Positions 1 through 9,300 of a stretch of 28,605 nt of DNA are shown here, one piece after another. The stretch spans positions 1 to 28,605 of the forward strand of contig NW_021833557.1 in assembly GCF_006345805.1 (NCBI RefSeq). The letters are read 5' to 3'. The DNA is from Octopus sinensis. Its lineage: Eukaryota. The notes under the pieces were generated by a model that was not told the DNA's origin, did no database searches, and was given only the letters and a program-made list of their open reading frames with translations. Each line of letters starts with the position of its first letter. The stretch's first letter is position 1. The position numbers and the translations under genes are program-made.

Positions 1-395
1 AAGCAGTGTCAATGATATTGTCACCCATAATATAACCCTAGTATCGATCTATTGCATTTCAATCTGTTTTAGGGTTAGGTATAGGTTAGGGGTGGGGGAA
101 GGGTATCTTTTTTTCTTTGCAAATGTAAATAAACCCAATCTGTTTCTTAAACGAGGGACATATTCATATGGCACAGAATGTTTTTTTTTACCTCAATAGA
201 CGTCATTGATTGGTTGAAATTGCCGAAATTGAAGTAAAAAAAAACGACAAATATCTTACAAACTGTAGAATTTTCTCAATAAAGCCAAGAGAAAAAGATG
301 TTTCATAAACACATTCTACCAGTATACGAAGTTTAAAAGTGTTTAGTTATGTGGAAAATATTTTAAAAAACTGCCGGTCAAACGGAAAATATCCC
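1..395 (+). mobile_element. Non-autonomous DNA transposon (MITE) copy 1, left TIR cut off by the window edge
   Basis: Homologous to 20089-20340, 21897-22268 and 22270-22616. It ends in AAAAACTGCCGGTCAAACGGAAAATATCCC (366-395). The opposite end of the oppositely oriented copy reads nearly the same (20311-20340), which defines a ~30-bp TIR. Confidence 0.75.
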
Positions 396-431
396 AAACA
401 ATTATAAAACATGTGGTGGCTACACTCCTTG

Positions 432-588
432 TGCGCATGCGCAGCATCTCTGGTTACTATGGAAACGGAGTTGTTCACAATCAGCTATGGAATTTGTGGT
501 GGTGCTTTGCTTTCTATGCTAACAGAACTTCACGGTGATGTGTAAAATACTCGCTTCTGATTGGCTAAAATATCCAAATTATGCAAAT
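432..588. promoter_or_regulatory. Cluster of consensus TF-binding motifs (NRF1-like, RFX X-box, CCAAT, octamer); may lie inside a DNA-transposon remnant
   Basis: TGCGCATGCGCA 432-443; GTTACTATGGAAAC 453-466; CTGATTGGCT 557-566; ATGCAAAT 581-588. Motif match only. Confidence 0.3.
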
Positions 589-807
589 TTTAAAGGCTAA
601 TAACATTTTAATTACGACTTTATGGGGGAAATGAATTTCATTTTCATAATTAGTACACAAGACTTAATCCATATACCAAATTTGAAAACAATTAGCAAAT
701 ACTGATAGGGCACAGAAAGTGTGTCAAAAGCCAGCTGGAGAAAGTGTCCTCCTGGGGCTACAAGCTACAGTAGCATCCACCCTTAAGGGTTGCCACATTT
801 AAGTATA

Positions 808-848
808 TAATATATATATACTTCACAATATATATATATATATGTATT

Positions 849-912
<64 letters not shown>
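808..912. repeat. (TA)n microsatellite
   Basis: Direct reading. Confidence 0.97.
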
Positions 913-913
<1 letters not shown>

Positions 914-917
<4 letters not shown>

Positions 918-1116
918 TTTACTTGTTCAGTCATTTGACTGCGGCCATGCTGGAGCACCGCCTTTAGTCGAGCAAATCGACCCCGGGACTTATTCTTTGT
1001 AAGCCCATACTTATTCTTCTATCGTTCCCTTTTGCCGAACCGCTAAGTGACGGGGACGTAAACAACACCACATCGGTTGTCAAGCAATGCTAGGGGACAA
1101 ACACAGACACACAAAC

Positions 1117-1158
<42 letters not shown>

Positions 1159-1322
1159 TACAACAGGCTTCTTTCAGTTTCCGTCTACCAAATCCACTCA
1201 TAAGGCATTGGTCAGCCCGGGGGCTATAGCAGAAGACACTTGCCCAAGGTGCCACGCAGTGGGACTGAACCCGGAACCATGTGGTTGGTTAGCAAGCTAC
1301 TTACCACACAGCCACTCCTGCA

Positions 1323-1324
<2 letters not shown>
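914..1324 (-). mobile_element. Full-length tRNA-derived CORE-type SINE (octopus OR-like family)
   Basis: On the minus strand: A box TGGCTGTGTGG, B box GGTTCAGTCCC, CORE-like CCTTGGGCAAGT, internal (TA)n(TG)n, and tail ending ...CAGTCAAATGACTGAACAAGTAAAAGAG. Confidence 0.9.
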
Positions 1325-1371
<47 letters not shown>

Positions 1372-1397
1372 ATACATATTATGTATTCTTTTTTTTT

Positions 1398-1811
1398 CCA
1401 TTTGTTTCAGTCATTTGGCTGTGGCCATGCTGGAGCACTGCCTTTAATCGAACAAATCGACCCCAGGACTTATTCTTTGTAAGCCTAGTACTTATCCTAT
1501 CGATCTATTTTGCCAAACTGCTAAGTTATGGGGACACAAACACTCCCACATCGGTTGTCAAGTGATGTTGGGGAGACAAATGCAGACACACAAACATACA
1601 CACACACACACATATATACGATGGGCTTCTTTCAGTTTCCGTCTACCAAATCCCCTCACCGGGAGATTCTTTCTTCCAAATCCACTCACAAGGTTTTGAG
1701 CAACCCGAGACTATATTAGAACACACATGCCCAAGGTGCCATGCAGTGGGACTGAAACCGGGACCATGTGGTTGGTAAGCAAGCTACTTACCACACAGCC
1801 ACTCCTACACC
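1398..1811 (-). mobile_element. Full-length SINE, same family, with a ~30-bp internal insertion/duplication near 1651-1680
   Basis: Colinear with 914-1324. CCAAATCC.CTCAC is duplicated around the insert. Confidence 0.88.
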
Positions 1812-1819
1812 TATAATAT

Positions 1820-1985
1820 ATACGACAGGCTTCTTTCAGTTTCCGTCTACCAAATCCACTCACAAGGCTTTGGTCGGCCCGGGGCTATAGCAGAAGTCAC
1901 TTGCCCAAGGTGCCACGCAGTGGGACTGAACCCGGAACCATGTGGTTGGTAAGCAAGCTACTTACCACACAGCCACTCCTGTGCC
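1820..1985 (-). mobile_element. SINE 5' half (head plus CORE) only
   Basis: A and B boxes and CORE are present. It stops at the internal TA tract, directly in tandem with the 1398-1811 copy. Confidence 0.88.
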
Positions 1986-2154
1986 TATAAATACACACTT
2001 GAAAAAATTACAAAAATCGATTCCAGGTGAGAATGCGATCGATAAAGCTGTGGGAACGTGCATTTCTACACACAAGTACGTCAGCTGTTGCGATCGATAG
2101 TATGCGTACACGAGAAAACTGCACATGCAGTTTGAACTTCAAAACCCTTCGAGG

Positions 2155-2184
2155 TGGTGGTGCCCCAGCATGGCCGCAGTCAAA
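2155..2184 (+). mobile_element. SINE 3'-tail remnant
   Basis: GGTGGTGCCCCAGCATGGCCGCAGTCAAA matches the family tail. Confidence 0.6.
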
Positions 2185-2203
2185 AAAAGACAATGTCTCT
2201 CAC

Positions 2204-2496
2204 CTGTTTCTCCTGTTCACAAATGCCTTTTTCTCGTTGAAACGCCGCAACTTTCTCAGCCCAAGCCTTCTCCTCCACATCATAAACGCTCCCACTGACG
2301 CCTTCTCCCAGGATCTTCTTTGACTCCTCCGTCGCTTTCGTCTGTCGGCTGATCAGGTCGTCATAGTAACCGCTTGTCTCCAGCATCTGTTGTTTAAGGA
2401 TGGCACCCAGTTTCAGTCTCTTCTTCTTCTTGTTGTTCTTCTCCTTCTTCTTCAACGATGTCGTCATTTCTTCATCAATATTTTGGAGTTGGTCAT
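2204..2496 (-). CDS. Internal coding exon 5 (in window) of an unnamed acidic/coiled-coil protein: (D)DQLQNIDEEMTTSLKKKEKNNKKKKRLKLGAILKQQMLETSGYYDDLISRQTKATEESKKILGEGVSGSVYDVEEKAWAEKVAAFQREKGICEQEKQ
   Basis: Acceptor ttgtttcatctttcgtag|AT, donor CAG|gtgaga. 293 nt, open, enters in phase 1 (matching the upstream exon) and exits in phase 0. Non-repetitive and protein-like. Confidence 0.85.
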
Positions 2497-2532
2497 CTAC
2501 GAAAGATGAAACAACGAAAACACATTAAATGT

Positions 2533-2840
2533 AGTTGTGGTGATGGTGATGGTGGTTGTAGCAGTAGTAGTAGTAGCAGCAGCAGGGGTGAGGGCGGTGG
2601 TGGTGGTGGTGATGGTGGTGTCGGTGGCGGTGGTGCCAGTGGTGGTGATGGTGATGGTGATGGTGGTGGTGATGGCTGTGGTGGCAGTGGCGGTCGTGGG
2701 GGCGGTGGTGGTTGTGGTGGTTGTGGTGGTGGTGGCGGTCGTGGGGGCAGTGGTGGCGGTGGTGGTGGCAGTGGTGGTGGTGGTGGTGGTAGTGGCGGTG
2801 GCAGTGGCGGTGGTGGTGGTGGCGGCAGTGTTAGTAGTGT
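2533..2840. repeat. (GGT/GGC/AGT)n trinucleotide low-complexity tract, intronic
   Basis: Direct reading. It produces the poly-G, poly-P, poly-T and poly-V pseudo-ORFs in the track. Confidence 0.92.
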
Positions 2841-2862
2841 TATAAATACACACAAAAGACCA

Positions 2863-3925
2863 TGACAGGGTCCCCCGATCCCTTATCTGGTGGTCAATGA
2901 GGAAACTAGGAATAGATGAATGGTTAGTGAGAGCTGTGCGGGCCATGTACAGAGACGCTGTCAGTAAGGTGAGGGTTGGCAACGAGTACAGTGAAGAATT
3001 TGGGTAGAAGTAGGGGTCCACCAAGGTTCATTCCTCAGCCCCCTCCTATTTATCATAGTCCTCCAGGCAATAACAGAGGAATTCAAGACAGGAGGCCCCT
3101 GGGAGCTCCTATATGCTGACAACCTTGCTCTAATTGCTGAATCACTATCAGAACTGGAGGAGAAGTTTCAGGTGTGGAAGCAAGGATTAGAATCGAAGGG
3201 GCTTAGAATCAACCTAGCTAAAACCAAAGTCCTAATAAGCAGGAAGGCAGGTAAACCACAAACGCCTTCGGGTAGATGGCCCTGCTTGAACTGTAGAAAA
3301 GGCATAGGTAGAAACTCTATAAGATGCACCAAGTGTAAGCTATGGACACATAAGAGGTGCAGCAATGTCAAAGGAAGGCTAACTGGAAGATAATTTTTGT
3401 ATGTGGCAGATGCTCAGGAGCAATAAACACTGAAAATGCTCTGAGACCATCTTCCGCAACATTCCAAGGAGAAAAACTAGAAGTAGTTGATAGCTTCCGT
3501 TACCTAGGTGACCAAGTCAGTAGCAGGGGTGGATGCACTGAAAGTGTAACAGCTAGAATAAGAATAGCTTGGGCAAAGTTCAGAGAGCTCTTACCTCTGC
3601 TGGTGACAAAGGGCCTCTCGCTCAGAGTAAAAGGCAGACTGTATGATGCATGTGAACGAACAGCCATGCTACATGGCAGTGAAACATGGGCCGTGACTGC
3701 TGAGGACATGTGTAAGCTCGCAAGGAATGAAGCCAGTATGATCTGATGGATGTGTAATGTCAGTGTTCATACTCGACAGAGTTTAAGTACCTTGAGAGAA
3801 AAGTTGGACCTAAGAAGCATCAGATGTGGTGTGCAAGAGAGACAACTGCACTGGTATGGTCATGTGGCGAGAATGGATGAGGATAGCTGTGTGAAAAAGT
3901 GCGTGTGGCAGTTGAGAGAACCTGA
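2863..3925 (+). mobile_element. RTE-clade LINE ORF2 fragment (RT, PHD finger, thumb), truncated at both ends and disrupted
   Basis: DRVPRSLIWWSMRKLG...GVHQGSFLSPLLF...LLYADN (YADD changed to YADN at 3112-3123)...INLAKTKV...EVVDSFRYLGD...LHGSETW...LHWYGHVARM. Frameshifts near 3003 and 3390; in-frame TGA at 3744-3746. Confidence 0.93.
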
Positions 3926-3984
3926 AACTACCACACCTGAACCGTTGTGGAACACACACACACACACACATAAATATATACAAA

Positions 3985-4138
3985 GGGATTCTTCCAGTTT
4001 CCATCTACCAAATCCACTCACAAGGCTTTGGTCAGCCCGAGGCAATAGTAGAAGACACTTGCCCAAGGTGCCACGCTGTGAGACTGAACCCAGAACCATG
4101 TGGTTGGTAAGCAAACTACTTACCACACAGCCACGCCT
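3985..4138 (-). mobile_element. SINE 5' half
   Basis: A and B boxes and CORE; ends at the (TA)/(CA) tract. Confidence 0.85.
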
Positions 4139-4161
4139 ACAACTATATATATATATATATA

Positions 4162-4318
4162 TGATGGGCTTCTTTCAGTTTCTGTCTACCAGATCCACCT
4201 AAAAGGCTTTGGTCAGCCCTAGGCTATTGTAAAAGACACTTAGCCAAGGTACCACACAGTGGGATTGAACCTGGGACCATGTGGTTGGGAAGCAAGCTAC
4301 TTACCACATAACCACACC
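4162..4318 (-). mobile_element. SINE 5' half, in tandem with the previous one
   Basis: Same motifs, separated from 3985-4138 by (TA)n. Confidence 0.85.
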
Positions 4319-4388
4319 TTCAATGATGTCTTATATTGAAACAAACAGAAATCTGAAAAACAACAAAAGTATGAAGAAAAAGAAAACA

Positions 4389-4797
4389 GGCGCAGGAGTG
4401 GCTGTGTGGTAAGTAGCTTGCTAACCAACCACATGGTTCCGGGTTCAGTCCCACTGCGTGGCATCTTGGGCAAGTGTCTTCTGCTATAGCCCCGGGCCGA
4501 CCAATGCCTTGTGAGTGGATTTGGTAGATGGAAACTGAAAGAAGCCTGTCGTATATATGTATATATGTATGTATGTGTGTTTGTGTGTCTGTGTTTGTCC
4601 CCCTAGCATTGCTTGACAACGGATGCTGGTGTGTTTACGTCCCCGTAACTTAGCGGTTCAGCAAAAAAGAGAACCGATAAAATAAGTAGTAGGCTTTCAA
4701 AGAATAAGTCCTGGGGTCGATTTGATCGACTAAAGGCAGTGCTCCAGCATGGCCACAGTCAAATGACTGAAACAAGTAAAAGAGTAAAGAGTGAAAG
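4389..4797 (+). mobile_element. Full-length SINE
   Basis: GGCGCAGGAGTGGCTGTGTGGTAAG...GGTTCAGTCCC...CTTGGGCAAGT...tail AAACAAGTAAAAGAGTAAAGAG. Confidence 0.92.
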
Positions 4798-4815
4798 AGA
4801 AAGTCGGGTACATAC

Positions 4816-5151
4816 CCATATCCGTCTGTACTGTGGTGGCACTGGGGTCTTGAGCAAGATCTTCAACTGTAGTACTTTCTGTCATTGCGTCCTCGGTGTC
4901 ATCACTCAGGTTCATCACAGTTTCTCCATCATTTGAAACATCCGCATAGACATCCTTTTTGTCATCACCATCATTATCATCATCGTCTTCGTTGTCATTG
5001 TTATCATTATTAGCGTCGTTTCCGTGGTGATTGTCATCGTTTGGATTGCGGGGGATGGCTTCATCACCATTATCATCTTCATCACATCATTATCTTCATT
5101 ATCGTCATCATTCTCATTGTCATCTTCATCGTTGTCACCATCCTCATTATC
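4816..5151 (-). CDS. Internal coding exon 4, D/N/E-rich: DNEDGDNDEDDNENDDDNEDND[frameshift]DEDDNGDEAIPRNPNDDNHHGNDANNDNNDNEDDDDNDGDDKKDVYADVSNDGETVMNLSDDTEDAMTESTTVEDLAQDPSATTVQTDM
   Basis: Acceptor catatttctatccag|GAT, donor ATGG|gtatgt (phase 1, giving G+AT=Asp with the exon at 2496). As given it is 336 nt, but the phases need 337, so one base is missing near 5084-5085. Confidence 0.75.
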
Positions 5152-5316
5152 CTGGATAGAAATATGAATATAAACACAAATGCATTCTACACCAAAATCT
5201 TATATGAGACTGTAGTGGGTATATATAGTCAGTACAAGGTGTTGCTGTGGCTGCGTGTATGTTATTTACAAGGGTTCATAAAGAGATGAAGAATAAATTC
5301 AAGACTTATATATACA

Positions 5317-5728
5317 GGCAGAGGAGTGGCTGTGTGGTAAGTAGCTTGCTTAGCAACCACATGGTTCCGGGTTCAGTTCCACTGTGTGGCACCTTGGGCA
5401 AGTGTCTTCTACTATAGCCTCGGGCCGACCAAAGCCTTGTGAGTGGATTTGGTAGACGGAAACTGAAAGAAGCCTGTCGTATATGTGTATGTATATATAT
5501 ATATATGTGTGTGTATATGTTTGTGTGTCTGTGTTTGCCCCCTAGCATTGCTTGACAACCAATGCTGGTGTGTTTACGTCCCCGTCACTTAGTGGTTCGG
5601 CAAAAGAGACCGATAGAATAAGTACTGGGCTTACAAAGAATAAGTCCTGGGGTCGATTTGCTCGACTAAAGGCGGTGCTCCAGCATGGCCGCAGTCAAAT
5701 GACTGAAACAAGTAAAAGAGTTAAAGAG
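5317..5728 (+). mobile_element. Full-length SINE
   Basis: Same head, CORE, microsatellite and tail structure. Confidence 0.92.
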
Positions 5729-5744
5729 TATATACTACATAAAA

Positions 5745-6000
5745 TCATCATCATCATCATCGTCATCGTTTAACGTCCGTTTTCCATGCTAGCATGGGTT
5801 GGACGGTTCGACCGAGGTCTGGGAAGCCAGGAGGCTCCACCAGGCTCCAGTCTTATCTGGCAATGTTTCTACAGCTGGATGCCCTTCCTAACGCCAACCA
5901 CTCTGTGAGTGTAGTGGGTGCTTTTTACATGCCACCAGCACAGGGGCCAGAGGGGGCTGGCAAATGGCCACGATCAGTTGGTGCCTTTACATGTCACCGA
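5745..6000 (-). mobile_element. RTE-type LINE 3' UTR end with (GAT)n tail
   Basis: Homologous to 18622-18870. The minus strand carries GGTTGGCGTTAGGAAGGGCATCCAGC...CCCATGCTAGCATGGAAAACGGACGTTAAACGATGACGATGATG. Confidence 0.8.
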
Positions 6001-6392
6001 CAAAAGTATTTTTAATTTATTTGTCGATGATGAAACATAATCGAAATGTAGAATCTAGTTGAATGAAATAATCTATACAAGAAAGTTCAGAGGTAGGAAA
6101 TATAGAAATAATAGCCAAGTGGTGGTTTTCAGCCATGTGGCGTAGAGAAAAAGACAGACATAGCAATGACGTGAATGGCTCTAAGGCTAATTGACTAAGA
6201 AGCAAAGAGCAGGGTTAGCAAGCTGTTTTTATGAATGGAATGCTAGATATTCTAGAAACTTCCAAGAGAAACGCTAAGATACTTGAATAATTAAGAATCA
6301 CATCTTATGACACAGATGCTGCAAGAAACTTCGTGAAGGGAGGTTACTCTTGCAAGATAGATCATTCAACTATTTAGCTACAGACTACTACA

Positions 6393-9300
6393 GGTTGATA
6401 AAATAAAGTAGCAGATTTAATATTCGTATAAAACATCTGAAATGTCAATGGAATTATAATAGAAGACTAACACTAACTTTACCTTTCATTATTGTGGGGT
6501 TAATAAAATAAAGTAGCAGTGATATACTGGGGTAGATTTAATATTCCTATAAAACATCCAAGATGTCAATGGAATTATAATAGAAGACTAACACTAACTT
6601 TACCTTTCATTGTTGTGGGGTGGATAAAATAAAGTAGCAGATTTAATATTCGTATAAAACATCTGAGATGTCAATGGAATTATAATAGAAGACTAACACT
6701 AACTTTACCTTTCATTGTTGTGGGGTGGATAAAATAAAGTAGCAGTGATATACTGGGGTAGATTTAATATTCGTATAAAACATCTGAGATGTCAATGGAA
6801 TTATAATAGAAGACTAACACTAACTTTACCTTTCATTGTTGTGGGGTTGATAAAATAAAGTAGCAGTGATATACTGGGGTAGATTTAATATTCCTATAAA
6901 ACATCAAAGATGTCAATGGAATTTAATAGAAGACTAACCTAACTTTACCTTTCTTGTTGTGGGGTTGATAAAATAAAGTAGCAGTGATATACTGGGGTAG
7001 ATTTAATATTCCTATAAAACATCCAAGATGTCAATGGAATTATAATAGAAGACTAACACTAACTTTACCTTTCATGGTTGTGGGGTTGATAAAATAAAGT
7101 AGCAGTGATATACTGGGGTAGATTTAATATTCCTATAAAACATCCAAGATGTCAATGGAATTATAATAGAAGACTAACACTAACTTTACCTTTCATTGTT
7201 GTGGGGTTGATAAAATAAAGTAGCAGTGATATACTGGGGTAGATTTAATATTCCTATAAAACATCCAAGATGTCAATGGAATTATAATAGAAGACTAACA
7301 CTAACTTTACCTTTCATTGTTGTGGGGTTGATAAAATAAAGTAGCAGTGATATACTGGGGTAGATTTAATATTCCTATAAAACATCTGAGATGTCAATGG
7401 AATTATAATAGAAGACTAACACTAACTTTACCTTTCATTGTTGTGGGGTTGATAAAATAAAGTAGCAGTGATATACTGGGGTAGATTTAATATTCCTATA
7501 AAACATCCAAGATGTCAATGGAATTATAATAGAAGACTAACAGTAACTTTACCTTTCATTGTTGTGGGGTTGATAAAATAAAGTAGCAGGGATACACTGG
7601 GGTAGATTTAATATTCCTATAAAACATCCAAGATGTCAATGGAATTATAATAGAAGACTAACACTAATTTTACCTTTCATTGTTGTGGGGTTTATAAAAT
7701 AAAGTAGCAGGGATACACTGGGGTAGATTTAATATTCCTATAAAACATCCAAGATGTCAATGGAATTATAATAGAAGACTAACACTAACTTTACCTTTCA
7801 TTGTTATTGGGTTGATAAAATAAAGTAGCAGTGATATACTGGGGTAGATTTAATATTCCTATAAAACATCCAAGATGTCAATGGAATTATAATAGAAGAC
7901 TAACACTAACTTAACCTTTCATTGTTGTGGGGTTGATAAAATAAAGTAGCAGTGATATACTGATGTAGATTTAATATTCCTATAAAACATCCAAGATGTC
8001 AATGGAATTATAATAGAAGATTAACACTAACTTTACCTTTCATTGTTGTGGGGTTGATAAAATAAAGTAGCAGTGATATACTGGGGTAGATATAATATTC
8101 CTATAAAACATCCAAGATGTCAATGGAATTATAATAGAAGACTAACACTAACTTTACCTTTCATTGTTGTGGGGTTGATAAAATAAAGTAGCAGTGATAT
8201 ACTGGGGTAGATTTAATATTCTTATCAAACATCTGAGATATGAATGGAATTATAATAGAAGACTAACACTAACTTTACCTTTAATTGTTGTGGGGTTGAT
8301 AAAATAAAGTAGCAGTGATATACTGGGGTAGATTTAATATTCCTGTAAAACATCCGAGATGTCAATGGAATTATAATAGAAGACTAACACTAACTTTACC
8401 TTTCATTGTTGTGGGGTTGATAAAATAAAGTACAGTGATATACTGGGGTAGATTTAATATTCCTATAAAACATCCAACATGTCAATGGAATTATAATAGA
8501 GACTAACACTAACTTTACCTTTCATTGTTGTGGGGTTGATAAAATAAAGTAAGTGATATACTGGGGTAGATTTATTCCTATAAAACATCCAACATGTCAA
8601 TGGAATTATAATAGAAGACTAACACTAACTTTACCTTTCATTGTTGTGGGGTTGATAAAATAAAGTAACAGTGATATACTGGGGTAGATTTAATATTCCT
8701 ATAAAACATCCAAGATGTCAATGGAATTATAATAGAAGACTAACACTAACTTTACTTTTCATTGTTGTGGGGTTGATAAAATAAAGTAGCAGTGATATAC
8801 TGGGGTAGATTTAATATTCCTATAAAACATCCAAGATGTCAATGGAATTATAATAGAAGACTAACACTAACTTTACTTTTCATTGTTGTGGGGTTGATAA
8901 AATAAAGTAGCAGTGATATACTGGGGTAGATTTAATATTCCTATAAAACATCCAAGATTTCAATGTAATTATAATAGAAGACTAACACTAACTTTACCTT
9001 TTATTGTTGTGGGGTTGATAAAATAAAGTAGCAGTGATATACTGGGGTAGATTTAATATTCCTATAAAACATCCAAGATGTCAATGGAATTATAATAAAA
9101 GACTAACACTAACTTTACCTTTTATTGTTGTGGGGTTGATAAAATAAAGTAGCAGTGATATACTGGGGTAGATTTAATATTCCTATAAAACATCAAATAT
9201 GTCAATGGAATTATAATAGAAGACTAACACTAACTTTACCTTTCATTGTTGTGGGGTGGATAAAATAAAGTAGCCGTGATATACTACTGGGGTATTAATA

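Noticed and set aside
68-95. Telomere or chromosome end near the window start
   Set aside because: Only a few degenerate TTAGGG units, and they are an internal part of a MITE found four times in the window.
2458-3024. Gly-, Pro-, Thr- and Val-rich ORFs (collagen, extensin or mucin-like)
   Set aside because: They are translations of a (GGT)n tract open in several frames at once, lying in an intron with no splice support.
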